Shown here in pieces: positions 51,001-64,000 of a DNA stretch of 64,000 nt. The position numbers and the translations under genes were made by a program. This stretch comes from Ylistrum balloti. Lineage: Eukaryota. The stretch spans positions 248,001 through 312,000 of the forward strand of contig NW_026782720.1 of NCBI RefSeq assembly GCF_031769215.1, in the 5' to 3' direction. Under the pieces are notes generated by a model. The model had not been told where the DNA came from. It searched no databases and saw nothing but the letters and a program-made list of their open reading frames with translations. Numbering within the stretch: position 1 is the first letter of the stretch; each line of letters starts with the position of its first letter.

Positions 51001-54000
51001 TCTATTAATATCAGCATCCTTTCCCCCTCTCCTTTAAAAAAAATAAAAAATAAAGAAAAATATTCCCTAGTTCTTACACAGTAAAACAGGGTCCGTCTGT
51101 CAAGGTTATCTGTAAAACAAGGTACTCACTGCCCATCCTGATTGTAGTCCCTGCCCTTAGGACAATGACAATGTTTGGCATCACAGTGAAGGTATCGCTC
51201 TAGTAAGTCACGAAACGCATCAGGTTCTGTCTCCCAAGCAGCATCCCTGTTGGTGACAAGGCATAAATTTTAGTTTTTCCCCCCTTTATTTCTGTAAAGT
51301 AAATCATGTGATGAACCAATATAAAGCAAAATACATTTATATATCACCAAAACCATGGACCTGATGTGAAGTATAACTAAAAACAAGAGATCCTGCAAGG
51401 GTCTTAGTACCCACCACTATTCAATCTTTTTAAGTCAAATATTTTCCTTTCTATCCTATGTTCTTACTCTTAATTTTATGAAATTTAAATACTTCCCTAA
51501 GATGATCAGTCACAAAAATCAAAAGGGCACAACCTGGCTTCAAACAGACCCTGTACAGTATAGTGCAATTTCCTCAAACTGATCCTTCTCAAAACAGAAT
51601 GAAATGGCAATGTATGGAATGATATCCTTTTTATTATAAAAATCCCATGGGCGAGAATGGTGGTCATGTGGCACAGTGTTAGCACACTTGCCTTTCACTG
51701 GGCTTCAATTCCTGAAATGGATGCGAAAAGGTAGGGGGTCACCTGTCTGCACATATGAGTTTTCCCTGAGTACTCCGGTTTCCTCCCACAGCAAGACCCC
51801 TTGCACTTACATCCAAGCCAACAAGAGTGATTAACATAAGTTGAAATAACTTGATTTGCAATTGTTGTAAAATAAATAAAGTTTATCTTTATTTCTTATT
51901 GGTAACCTGAGTAAGGATGGTGTTTTTGTTCATTTAACATATCATAGAATTAATAAAGTAAGATAACTACATTGTACATACAATGCAAATATTAAATGTG
52001 TATAACATTAACTGACACCTCATGTCAAGGCTCCTAACCACATTTTAATTAAAAGAAATTACCCTAAAAATATTATTTCTCTATTGAAACTCTTCCACCA
52101 ACTTTCTAATAAGTTTCAAAATCAAAAGAGCACAACTATGGACAAAGGGTAACCTACATATGAAATTTGAGAAAGACCCATTCTGTACTTTTCAAGAAAT
52201 AGAAATAACAAATTTTCATTGTTGAAATCTAAGATGGCTGTCTGTCAGCTGTTTTATTATCATAGTCAGCCCAAAAATCAAAATCTGAAGATGGTGGGCT
52301 AAAAAAGAGATGATGTTGTGATGTTAACAATGTTCAATGAACAAGTGATCCCAAAGGGATCTTGGCATTCACCATCGACTGATCTTTATTCATTCTATGA
52401 AAGACTGATCTATTCTCCACTATTCCCTCCTTTCCCATTTTCCTCCTGATCACCTGATAACAAGGGAATCCAATATATAAAATCTAGAAAATATCTAACA
52501 AGAACTTTCAATACTGATAACAAACTTAAGCCATCAAATCCAAGATTATCTTCTGTCAATTATCTTGAGCACATATGAATAGACCAAGGGCAATCAAGCT
52601 TTAGAAAAATCTTTCCAGTACTTCTCCAGACACAGTGAAATGAAGGCCAAAATCTAAGAAAGCCATCTCTTGATCATTTTGTACCAGAGAACAAACTCAA
52701 AATTAAATGGCCACAACTAGGGGCAGTGGGAAACCTACTTAGTAAGATAGAGAAACATCAAAAAGAAGTGATAGCAAGGATAGTTTATGGATGGAATGAT
52801 GGATGGATGGATGGATCATAAATGAAAAGTGATGATTGTAAATAGATCATCATCAGATGGTTGGCTATTCACATATTGTTATACTACAGAGCAACTTCCC
52901 TAAACTCTCTCAAATCTGATCACTTCTTCACATCAAACAAAATCTACAGAATTGTTTCTTCTATAGACTGAAAAATGTCATTATACTGATCTATCTAAAT
53001 TCTGAACATCATCATACATGCTAGTAGAATTTGTTTAATAATTAAGCATTTAAATAGATGAAGGAATAAAACTCTGCTTGATATCTATTTGAAACACGAT
53101 CAAAACATGGACAGAAAACAACATCTTGCTCTTCTGATTATCTATATAAAATCCCATTCTTGAAAAAAAGGCCAACAAGGCCTGGCGGTACTGATTATAG
53201 ACTGACAATGAACTCACTGGTCTGGAAGGTAGATACCAAACTTGAGCATCTCTTCCTGGAATATCTCTTTGTTGTTACACAGCGGACACTTAAAGAAGTA
53301 CAGACCTGCTGTCATTGCATGTTTCTGTAACAAAGTTTGTATTTTATAGAGAAAACAAACAGACCCCAATGGACAATTTGTCATGCTTTAAAACTGGTTG
53401 TATTTATTTCATTTACAACTAACTTTATTATCATCATGGCCCATATTGACATCATTACAAGGAACCTATTACATCAGGTAATGGTACAGGCCATATCGTA
53501 TACTTCCAGAGCTGTACAGTGGAGTGTACAATAGGGCATCAAGCCGATTTGTCTTGCAAAAGATGTATTACATCAATGTATTAACAAGAATAACGCAGGG
53601 CAGGACAATATACGCCCATCCCATGTCAAAGAAATAAATGGATATGGTTACAATGGGTAAAATTTTTTAGAGGGTAAACAGTGCTATAAGGATAAAACAT
53701 ACCAAGTGTTAAACAAGAGGCCCAAGGGGCCTTAACGGTCACCTGAGGAATATATGTCAATAATCTGGGGATTTTAAAATGTTGCAAAAATGTAACAACA
53801 CTTGTGCAGGACCATGTGTAAAACATCTGTACCAAGTTTGAACATGACCCACCCAATGGTTCTTGAGGGCAAGTCCATAATGTCTTAGCCAAACAGAGGC
53901 CAGGGTGGCCATCTTTGATTTTGAATGGCCCCAAAAAGTTAAAACACTTGCCAGGACCTTGTGTAGAACATTCGTATCAAGTTTCCCTTATTGGAGCCAT

Positions 54001-57000
54001 GCCCTTTTTGTTCGAAAACTTGAAGTGGCTTCCCATGGAGATGCTTTGTGCCAACTTTGGTCAAAATCCATCCAATGGTTCTTGAGAAGAAGTCATTTAA
54101 GGAAGGTTTTTACATATGGCCCCTTTTACACCCCTTATGGACCCCAAAGGGGACATAATCACTTTTTTCAACATAATTTCATATGTCCTTCACTAAGGGA
54201 TGCTGTCTACCAAATTTGGTTGAAATCGGTCAAAGTTGAATTTTTTACCCTTTTGAGCGCCCCCCTAGTGGGGCCGTTTTTGACCCAATTTTTTTTTCAT
54301 TCGCAAACTTTGTAGACCTTGCCATAAGGACTCTAAATATCAAGTATGAACTTAATCTGACTGTTGGTTCATGAGAAGAAGATTTTTAAAGATTTACCTA
54401 GTTTTACCCCCTTTTCCCCCCTCCTGGGGCCCCTATTGGGGTCATGCCCTTTTTCTTCGCAAACTTGAAGCGGCTTGCCATGGGGATGCTTTGTGCCAAG
54501 TTTGGTCAAAATCCATTCTGTGGTTCTTGAGAAGAAGTCGAATACGTGAAAAGTTAACGACGCATGACGACAGACAAATCATGATGGCAATAGGTCACCA
54601 TGAGCCTTCGGCTCAGGTGACCTAAAAACTGAAGCTGAAGGAGGAGATATATGGAGAACATAGAACAGTTAAAAAACAAAGACCCATAACTCTTGCAAAA
54701 ACACAATGCTATTAATAAAACACCATTTCACGGTTAAAAAGTTTACGGAGTTTCAGATAAATTGCTGAGAAACTGAGGAAAAAGATTACCATACAAAAAT
54801 GAAATATTTTATCATTTAACAAATTAAAAATTTTCCATCACTTAAGTTGATGTTTGTGAATACCAACCGAAATACAGGATCTGTGGAACCAGGAATTATG
54901 ACAGCAAGGAGCTCGCAGAGTTTCATTGGATGCTCTTGTCTCTACAGATGTCATGCAGATAGCACAGGTTGTGTTGGCAGTACCATAGAATGCTAGGCGG
55001 TCACTGACAGACACCATCTGTCGAGGCCTATGATCCTCACAAAACGATCTGTTACATAAAGTATTATGCTATATCAATTTCTTATCCATAAGTCTGAGAT
55101 ATTTATCACAATCGAGAATACACAAGAATTATGTTACTGTTACGTTTTACTCTTCATACTTTATCATCAATTCATTTAAAGCTACATGCGATGTCAAAAG
55201 AAAAATATACATGCATATCATTTTTACCTGAAAGAGTCATAGTACTGGTGCATTGTACCACTAGTTTTTCCACATCCAAAGTGGAAGACACGTCGACAAG
55301 CTCCAACTACGCAGCCGATAGTTGCACCCTTTTGTTTACAGTATGTACAGCGCTGAACAGAAACAAATACGAAAATGATGACTATAGTATGGAAATCATC
55401 AATGTATTTAGTATATTTGTTTTCTGAACCAGAAGATAATTGTAATGAAATGAAGTCCTCTACAAGTTTTCAGATGTATGCTGTCTACTCATATTTCTTT
55501 TGTCAGCAGATTTCTTATGTTGACCGTCAAGGATTTCCTCCCATAAATCTTACAATGCTTAATTTTGCATTACACGTTCCTCTAGAAAGGTAGAATCAAC
55601 TATACTACTCATAATTTGATAGGGATCACACCTAATAATTAGCAAAATTTTCTTTTAAAATAAAATAATATGTATTCCTTATATTTGTTGGTTTATATCT
55701 GTACCGAGGTCTATGTGTATCGGGTGTTTATGTGGTCAGTCACCTGTAACGCCTACACTTCACGTGTACACGCACGAGCCTCCTACGTGCAGATTGTCAT
55801 CAATACGTTTGTGGCAGAATATTTCGCTTCTTGCTTTACATTTTGAATTTTAATGGTTTGAAAATGCCCCAACAGCAGGCAAGAAGACGTCTAAGCACTT
55901 CAGATATGGACAGGGGCATTGGTATGATCCAGTCTGGTAGGTCACAAAGGGAGGTGGCCAATGACCTTGGTGTGTCCCAGAATGTTGTGTCTCATATGTG
56001 GAATCGTTACCAAAATTATGGAACTGTCTCCAAAAGACATGGTGGGGGTAGGGAATGACTTACCTCGCAGCATCAAGACCGCTACCTTGTTATTGCAGCT
56101 CGACGTCAAAGGTTCATCAACGCTACATCACTACGTAATGACTTCTAGAATGCCACGGGAACTCGTATCTCCACACAAACTGTGAGAAATAGACTTCATG
56201 ATGCTGGTTTAAGGTCGCGCAGACCTGCTGTGAGAATTCCTTTGCATTACGACATGTTCAAGCTAGACTTGCTTGGGTTTGTGATCATGTGAATTGGAAC
56301 CTCCATGACTGGTCCCCCGTACTTTTTTACAGACGAGTCTAGATTTTGCTTAGATTTCACTGACCGACGTGCCAGGGTGTGGCGACTACCAAATGAGAGG
56401 TTCCGTGCCGCTAACGTTTCCCAACATGACCGATACCGTGGTGGATCTGTTATGGTTTGGGGTGGCATTAGCATGCAAGGCAAGACCGACTTTCATGTGT
56501 TCCTTAATGGCAGTTTGACTGCACAGAGGTACTGTGACGAAGTCCTGGACGTGTACGTCAGGCCTTATGCTGGTGCTATAGGTCCGGAATTCATTCTTAT
56601 GGATGATAATGCGCGACCACACAGAGCTCGTGTGACTGAACAGTATCTGGAAAGGGAAACAATTGAGAGGATGGACTGGCCAACCCGATCTCCAGATATC
56701 AATCCTATAGAACATGTGTGGGACATGCTTCAGAACGCTGTTTCGGCGAGAAACATCCAACCTAGAACGCTTCAGGAACTTCAAGCAGCTCTCGTCCCTG
56801 AATGGACAAGTATTCCCCAAAACCAGATATGAGACTTAATCAGAAGCATGCGCCGCCGCTGCCACAGCGTAATTGATGTTCGAGGACGTTATACTCGATA
56901 CTAACACTGTATTTTTCGCTGAACGAAACTGTTTCATAGGACTTAATTGTTCGCCCCTCTTGTCGTAATTTGTGATTTTCGGGGTATCTGTGTACAATGA

Positions 57001-60000
57001 GCATTGAAGCAAATTAATACTGTTATTCTTCGCTTGGTGTTGTTAAATCTTCATCTTATAATGCCGAAATTTGTATAAATTGAACTGTAGAATATATTCT
57101 TAAAATACATACCGTTACACATTAAATAAAAAAGTGATCCCTATCAAATTGTGAGTTTTATACTTTCAAAGATATACACTGAATCGAATTGCTCTTGTTA
57201 AGAATTATACCGGATTCTGAATGTAGTGGAGACCTAAGCTTACAAAACTTTGAGCATTTTCTTCTGATGCTTCATTTTGTTTGGTGTTCCTTACCAATCT
57301 TGCTCCTCGGCGCACTTCCTTCATTATGTCTTCAGGCATGAAGCCAAAGATTCCCTCCTTTTCTGACTTGCCCCCTTGGCTCAAACCACTGGAAAACAGC
57401 TGAACAAAGAGTACCAGTTATACATTACTGTCGATGTTAAACTTTGCCTATCTGAACTCCAAACTGGTCAAAGTTAAACCCAATCTTCACCAATCTGAAC
57501 TCTAAATTGGTCAATGTTAAAGAGTAAAAGCTAAAAGTATTGTTGATATTACAATATAGACAACATGTAAGTATTTGATATTACAATATATACAACATGT
57601 AGATAATTGATATTACAATAAGTAATTAATATAACAATATATACAACATGTAAGTAATTGATATTACAATATATACAACATGTAGATAATTGATATTACA
57701 ATAAGTAATTAATATTACAATATATACAACATGCAAGTATTTGATATTACAATATATACAACATGTAAATAATTGATATTACAATATATATGACATGTAG
57801 GTAATTGATAATACAATAAATGCAACATCAAATAAATTGATATTACAGTGAAACCTGCTTAATATCATGTTCCATTTGTCTGGGGGAAATATGATAATAA
57901 GCGGAACATGACATTAACAGTTGACACATTTTTCCGGATGTCCAAACTCAGAAGTTAATTTTCAGATATGCTAAACTGACGTGATTCTAACAGAAATTGT
58001 TTGAAGACAATAAATTTGAAATTTGATTTGTTTTTTCCCATAAGAACAGTGATTTTCCTTAAATTTTGTTCGTTTATTCCTTGAAATATCTAAACGGCAA
58101 TTATGAGTTATCGTGAACGATCATGACAACTCGTGTCATATTCAGTTTACACCTGGTCAGATTGGTACATGACGCTACCGTGTCATCAGCTGATGTTTTG
58201 CCATAAAATTTATTCATCCATTACTGTATAGGCTTCATAATGGTGTATTTGTTGCAAAGTTGGTATATACAGAGTGTATCTCTGCAACTTCAATAAAATG
58301 TGTTTTGAAAATTACAACTCAGAAATTAGCCAACAGAGTGTTAACTATTCACCTTTGAAACATAACATTTCATTGGCTGTTAAATGAATGGTTATTTTTC
58401 ATGGCCAATCAGATGTCATGAAACACAACATAGAGAAAACCCAGTTTCAGAACATTTTACTGTCACCTTACCAATGCTCACGATAATTTAAGTGATAAAT
58501 GATTTAAAGAAATTTTAAAACCTTGACATTAACATCATGACCAATTGGGTTTTCAATCCTCATTCCTTCAATACTCCCCCCCCCCCCCATTGAACGAATC
58601 ATCAAAGAAAATTATTATGATAGCCTTAAGCCACCCAGTGAAGCTTTTCTGGGCAGGTGTGATAATTTTCTATAATAAATTATGCTTAATCCTAATTTCA
58701 TTTCGCAAAACCTGAAGTTCAAATTGGTTATTTTAGCACTTTAAGCTTTGTATCGGAAACAAATTCTTATGAATTTTAAAGATGGCAACATTGTAATAAT
58801 ACATAATGATTCCATCTTGCTTTCATTATTTGTTGTATTTGGTACTTTCAGCAAAAAATCTACATCAAGTCTCAGGTCCTTGACCAATTAAAACTATTTC
58901 CTGCTAAATCATGACAAAATGGTTGAACCTTTTTTTTTTAATGTTATGAATAACAATTCTGACTCACCACAAGTGAAGTTAGAGAAAACAAACATCTGTT
59001 TTAGTCAAGCTACACATAAAGACTTCTGTATATATATTTCTTACCATGCAGAAGTAATGGACAGTGAGGTTGCACTTTTTAATCATTTTGCCAAATGTTT
59101 CTTCATTGTCCTCAGAAAGATTGCAGAAAGCACAGGCATTGGGATCTATCACAGCTGGAACAACAAATTAAAGAAATCAGTTTCAGTTATAATACAATTC
59201 ACATTTAACAATAGCATTGGGCACAATAAATGATGTTATAATTTAAACTTAAGTGACAAGTATTACACAGAAGTCACCTTGTTAACAAAGACAACATTAA
59301 CTACATTGTACATAAAAGCAAATATTTTGTATACAAAACAGGAAATTTTTTAACTGCACTTATGGATTTATTTTGATTAGAATTTTATGAAAAAATTAAA
59401 GTTTCTTAAAAAAACTATCGTAAACAATGCCTTCTCCCTAAAGGGAAAATACAAGAACCTGCGCCATGTTCCAGGGGTGCAGAGAGCAAAAGTGATGGGA
59501 ACCCCTGTAATATCGAGGATGTTGTCCTCTTTACTTTAATATTCTGTCATTTATTCAGATATCACCTGACATCACAGACAAAGCACAACATGGGGATTCC
59601 CTACCATAAAATCATGTGTGTTATGTAAAGCTGAAATACAGTAAAAAAATTGAGCTTAAATCATGGTAAAGACACATTTACATAATGCTGTTATATAAGG
59701 GGAAGAGTAAAAATGTGTTCATGTCTCTGCTTGGTAGCCAGTAACATCTTTACATATCGCTGTCTAATTAAGCAGGACCAATTTCTGTTATTCATCTGAT
59801 GTGATTTGGCTCTGTTTGCCGTCTTATATTTCAACAAAATTGACTTTTTGTATTGTTCTTTTGTTTATTGTTCCTAACTGAGCCCGACTTCAGCAATCTT
59901 ATGGATAATCTCTTTCAGTGAATTGCCAAGGTCAGTCACTTGATTTGACTACAACAAGTTGACTGTGCATGTTCATATCTAAAATCACTGGTGGGATTAA

Positions 60001-60327
60001 TCTTCAAACTTCTGGTCAAGTTAACACTTCCAACTTTTTGTGATTTAAGAACTCTTGAGCTACCTTTGAACTTAGCCTGTTGTATCAGTGTAAAGTTAAC
60101 AACTTACACCAATTAAGAAAAGTCAGGATTTTCATTTCGTTTTTTTTCTATAACTTAAAATTGCTTCAACAACATAAGGTCCTTTTAGGACCAACAAGAA
60201 ACTACAGTATATCTTTGAAATGAAAATATAAGTTAGTGTGTTTTTTCAGACATAGTCATAAGGTTAGAGAGAGCGTTAGTAATAACTTACTTGAGACACT
60301 CTCCCTTTTTTTCTTGCAGCCAGGCAT
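48021..60327 (-). CDS. G2E3: G2E3/PHF7-family PHD/RING zinc-finger protein (pineapple eye-like), about 1021 aa, no HECT domain
   Basis: Nine frame-consistent exons: 60327-60291 (MPGCKKKRESVS), 59154-59045 (CAFC...VHYFCM), 57399-57295 (LFSSGLSQ...GIFGFMPEDIMKEVRRGARL), 55352-55228 (CTYCKQKGATIGC...FHFGCG), 55048-54868 (SFCEDHRP...CAIC...PCCHNSWFHRSCI), 53324-53218 (AGLYFFKCPLCNNKEIFQEEMLKFGIYLPD), 51246-51130 (RDAAWE...CDAKHCHCPKGRD), 50895-50774 (WEIIVCSWCGSQGSHVGC), 50182-48021 (Lys/Ser-rich tail). The symbol denotes the family; G2E3 versus PHF7 orthology is not resolved. Confidence 0.92.
51382..52305 (-). mobile_element. Degenerate HINE (CCCACCATC-type) in a G2E3 intron
   Basis: aacaagagatcc...ggtcttagtacccaccac (3' end, reverse complement) to gatggtgggctaaaaa (5' end, reverse complement). 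Confidence 0.6.
51648..51884 (+). mobile_element. tRNA-derived SINE with a conserved central domain (V/Meta-type)
   Basis: Degenerate A box (gtggcacagtgttagc) and B box (ggcttcaattcc), central gagtactccggtttcctcccac, A-rich tail aaataaataaa. Confidence 0.7.
52340..52868 (-). mobile_element. Degenerate HINE (CCCACCATC-type)
   Basis: aacaagtgatcccaaagggatcttggcattcaccatc terminus; (ggat)n microsatellite and catcagatggttggcta at the other end. Confidence 0.6.
53711..54628 (-). mobile_element. HINE of the TTTTTAGGTCACCTGAG type
   Basis: aacaagaggcccaaggggccttaacggtcacctgag (hairpin plus subterminal IR) to gacgacagac...ggtcaccatgagccttcggctcaggtgacctaaaaa. Confidence 0.8.
55603..57160 (+). mobile_element. 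Full-length Tc1 (DD34E) transposon in a G2E3 intron, inactive
   Basis: 27-bp TIR ta(ct/aa)actca(t/c)aatttgatagggatcac; TA flanks (55601-02, 57161-62); contains a transposase pseudogene. Confidence 0.93.
55864..56904 (+). pseudogene. Tc1 transposase pseudogene
   Basis: Paired-like HTH N-terminus, GR motif, FTDESRF, VWGGI, DDNARPH...SPDINPIE with 34 residues between D and E. Premature stops at 56056, 56146 and 56830, and a frameshift near 56245. Confidence 0.93.
57541..57845. repeat. ~32-bp AT-rich tandem repeat, about 8 copies
   Basis: attgatattacaatatatacaacatgtaagta units. Confidence 0.85.
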
Positions 60328-60385
60328 CTTGGTCACAGAATCTGAAAAATTCATTGAATTAGTCGCCCTGCATGTAGCTAGTATC

Positions 60386-60914
60386 AACAAGAGATCCCAG
60401 AGAGATCATGGCGCCCACCATTGTTTGATCTTCATTTTATTTGCTGTATGGAAGTTCGATCTTTTCCCTTTTTTGAACATTCCTTTGCAGATATAGTGAT
60501 GATAATTGTTGCCTATAAGTCATTTTGTTTCTTCTGGTCAGTCCAAAAATCATACTGGCACACTTCTTAAGAAGTAGGGATATCAACCTTTCCTAGGCAA
60601 AATCCAAAATGGCTGCCTGTTGGCCATTTTTATTTCTGATCAGTCCCAACTACAGTCCAAGAGGAACCTATACATGAAATTTGTAGATTTCAAGAAAAAG
60701 CAATAACAAACATTCAAAGTCAAAATCCAGGATGGCTACCTGTTGGCTATTTCATATGCTGATCAGTCCCAAAATCAAATAGGCACAACTACTGGCCAAC
60801 AGGAACCTACCTATAAAATTTGCAAAAGATCCATCCAATACTTCAAGAAATAGTGATAACAAAAATAGTTAGAGCAACTTCAATAGCCCACCATCTGAGG
60901 ATGATGGGCTTATT
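60386..60914 (-). mobile_element. HINE (CCCACCATC-type)
   Basis: aacaagagatcccagagagatcatggcgcccacca to tagcccaccatctgaggatgatgggcttatt. Confidence 0.7.
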
Positions 60915-60935
60915 ACCTGTAATTTGGCAGCAAAA

Positions 60936-61201
60936 GCACCTCATGCACGATCAGATTGCAAGCTTCAATTTAACAAGAGGAGCACCTCATGCACGATCAG
61001 ATTGCAAGCTTCAATTTAACAAGAGGAGCACCTCATGCACGATCAGATTGCAAGCTTCAATTTAACAAGAGGAGCACCTCATGCACGATCAGATTGCAAG
61101 CTTCAATTTAACAAGAGGAGCACCTCATGCACGATCAGATTGCAAGCTTCAATTTAACAAGAGGAGCACCTCATGCACGATCAGATTGCAAGCTTCAATT
61201 T
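60936..61201. repeat. 46-bp perfect tandem repeat, about 6 copies
   Basis: gcacctcatgcacgatcagattgcaagcttcaatttaacaagagga at 60936, 60982, 61028, 61074, 61120, 61166. Confidence 0.95.
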
Positions 61202-62230
61202 AGAGGCTCATAGACCTTAATGGTCATTTAAATATTGCTATAACAACAAGTATCTTACGGTATTGAATCTGTGTAAATTCAAAGTAGTTAAAATGTGGTT
61301 TAAAACACATGTTACTAAAAAACAGATGAAAAAAAAGCAAAATTAACCATTCACAGTAACAGTACATCTGATTTCCTGTTTACCTGATCTAAGGTTTAAA
61401 ATATGTAAGGATCAGGAACCTCTGTCATTTTCCGTAAACGAGAAATATGTTTGTGGATAAATTCTTTTACTCTTAGACATGGAGGAGAGTGACATCATAA
61501 ATTGTGTAACGAATGAGCATTACCTAGTGTGTCTTGCATTCAATCTGTCATCAAATTGACGAATATTGACTCATTGACAGACCTAAACAGCTAATTTGCA
61601 TCTCATAATATTGATCATACTGCGCCTGCTTTTATGCAAATAAATATGTGTCAAAATATTGAAATAACTGATCTTGTTGAAGGAGGAAAAACTTCACAAA
61701 GATAAGATATTTTTGTTATGATTAATTATGTATGTTATTGCAGCTAACACTGAATGATGTTGCAAAGAACACATTTATCATTGAATTGCATGAAACAAAA
61801 ACAAAAAGTTTTGAATGTATTAAGACCACTACCGTAGGGAGTTCTAAAAGTAAGAAAACCAAATCCAAATTCAGGTCAACGACATCTTGAGTGCAAACTG
61901 TGTTAACCCAGAACGTTTTATATGGTGCTTCTGGAAAACAGGAAGAAAAACATCCCCTTTAGGCTTTACAGAAATGAATCTTATTCGATGCAGAACTCCA
62001 AACGGTATTATATCATAAAACAACATTGTCGTCATGAGCTACGTTTTTTCATCAAATATTGAATGTTGTTTTGGGGAACATAAGCTATAACTGAATTTGT
62101 AAAGGAAGCTTCGCCGTAGTAAACTCTGCAAAGCCAAGTGTGACGACCCCCTGAGTTGAAAGGCAGGGTCGGTCCACATGAGAAATCTTAGGAAAGCAGA
62201 ATTCATGTCAACGATCTTCACAGTACTAAC

Positions 62231-62615
62231 CAGAAACTAAGAATCACTATGTATTCAGTAAGTAGACCTACATGCAATTACGACCACATGTTCTCAACTA
62301 ATGCCGGATGTTCGAGTAGCACCTATTGTTTTGCTATTTAGTGTACAAGCACGTCACATCTTCGACATATTCTATATAATTCGAACAAGACGACACGTGG
62401 CATACTCATAAATCATCTGCTGCAATCATTGTAAATCATTTAAGTTTATATACCTTAAATGGCAAACCCTTGCTTATAATCGCCTGTCTTTCGTTAGCTA
62501 AGACATCTCTTTACAGTTCATAACACCCATTCCTTCGCCGTTTTCAAACCTTGCGGCGGGTGACATAGTCACGTGACAAAACCTGGAGCTCATATATTGA
62601 TGACGATTTTCCAAG
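62231..62615. promoter_or_regulatory. Probable bidirectional promoter between the G2E3-like gene (minus) and an unknown gene (plus)
   Basis: CpG-richer segment; palindromic GTCACGTGAC E-box (62568-77); TGACGT CRE-like half site; candidate minus-strand 5'UTR donor G|GTTAGT near 62230. Confidence 0.5.
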
Positions 62616-62633
62616 ATGTCGGCTTCCACGGTG
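62616..62633 (+). CDS. Candidate first coding exon (MSASTV) of an unidentified gene
   Basis: caagATGTCGGCTTCCACGGTG|gtgagt: good start context and strong donor downstream of the promoter motifs; no further exon identified in the window. Confidence 0.45.
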
Positions 62634-64000
62634 GTGAGTGTCATATGACAAACTAATTCCTCTGATTTACATCAACTTTAAGAAGGGACATGTCATTATT
62701 CACTTTCCAGTGGAAACTACCCTTTTTATGTCACGATTTTTGTGGAACGACATTTATGCAAATTGGGCCAAAAATTGAAAACGCCTCTTACGTTGCGATG
62801 ATTCTCCATGGGAAGTAACTCATTTAAAATGAAATGAACTGATTGCATGCATGTATGGTTATCGAAACAGAGGAATCAGACTGAGACGAAGTTTAGATAA
62901 AGCGTATCTATAATAACAAGCGAAAGGGATGATCTATGTCATACTGTGAAAGATTGAAATGGAATTCAAATATTAATTAATTGGCGTTCTTTATATCATA
63001 TTTTCGTCTGCATGAGTGTGGTAATTACGTTGTCATTTCGCAGACTATTGTTGGTTGGCTAGTTACACGTTCTGTATCGCCACGACTCTTCCTATTTCTA
63101 GGCATTGTCTCATCAACGATTGTCAGTGTTCCGTCGATATTGTTGACGTGTAATTATATCATAAATCAGAGACATATATACGTCTCGGCATAAATGTAGA
63201 ATTTTTTGTAATGTCTGATGTGTATCTATTCTTTATCATAGTGTGTGTGCAGTTACCTGTGACGTGAGCAGGGCAGGTTGCAGCAGCATCACAAAATCAC
63301 AAGAGCCTCCCTTTACGAAGGGAGACAAAAATTATGGTAGTAATCCTAGCATTACACTGTCTTCTGTCCCACAGCCAATTCCCCCTATGTTATTGTGCCT
63401 GAGAAGTAGTGTATGACACAGGAGACACCGACTAGGGATGTAACCATTTAGTGCACTCTTATCTGTGTCTGACTTTTAGTTTGTCGCCAGTGATGGAAGT
63501 TCGAGATAACAAAAACACAAGTAGTGAACAGCGAAACAAAAGTGGAAAAAAAAACAAAGCGATATGCATCATGGACCAACACTGATGGCAGCAATGATGA
63601 CAATGACGGCAAGAATAATACAATGTGAAAAAAGAAACTTTGGTTGTGAAAAGTGGGTATCAGGAACATTTTGTTATTGTCAGGACGACAACCTACAAGG
63701 AGGAGATAATGAAGTAAAATTGTAATGACTAATATTTATCTATTTGTTATAGTAGTGTGTGTGCAGTTACCTGAAATGAATGAGATGTGTATGTGCTGTT
63801 TTCCTTTCAATATGATCATGGGCGGTTATTCAGTTAGCGTAATTGGTATAGAAGCATGTAAATTACAGGTAGCAAGTTTTTTTCCCCTCGTGATGGAAAC
63901 AGCTGTTTCACCTGAAAAAGGACTGCGGTAGTTTACTGTGTGCTGGGTGTGGGGATGATAGTGGTTGTTATGTTCAGGATGTGGATTTGGCGCAGGAGCG

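Noticed and set aside
51648-51720. tRNA-like A/B boxes
   Set aside because: No full cloverleaf; the boxes are followed by a SINE core and A-rich tail, so I called it a SINE and not a tRNA gene.
57846-57920. TA-CAGTGAAACCTG start resembling a mariner/Tigger-type terminus
   Set aside because: No matching opposite terminus was found, so the element cannot be delimited.

Overview
AT-rich, intron-rich eukaryotic genomic DNA. The repeat families (Helentron-associated HINE-type elements, Tc1, hAT, L2/CR1, a tRNA-derived SINE) suggest a bivalve mollusc (inference). I assembled spliced genes by hand from GT-AG boundaries and frame continuity. (1) The 5' part of an SLC20/PiT phosphate transporter (minus, 4 coding exons, runs off the left edge). 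(2) The 3' two-thirds of SYVN1/HRD1 (plus, 9 exons); its first coding exons are not in the window, so SLC20 appears to lie antisense inside a SYVN1 intron. (3) A two-exon mitochondrial-type membrane protein gene, possibly TMEM70/186/223 family (minus). (4) A 3-exon atypical Rho GTPase (plus) with G12C/A59I/Q61S-equivalent substitutions and a switch I insertion; its 13.6-kb first intron holds five large, distinct minisatellite arrays. (5) A 9-exon G2E3/PHF7-family zinc-finger gene with no HECT domain (minus). (6) The probable first exon of an unidentified divergent gene at the right end. Unusual structures include tandem repeats that amplify splice donors in two genes, in-frame alternative donors at the Rho switch II, and a foldback-type element inserted into the centre of its own family member in the opposite orientation. 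I found no CRISPR array, rRNA or true tRNA gene. Most ORFs in the supplied track are repeat or antisense artefacts. All family calls are by recognition, not database search.
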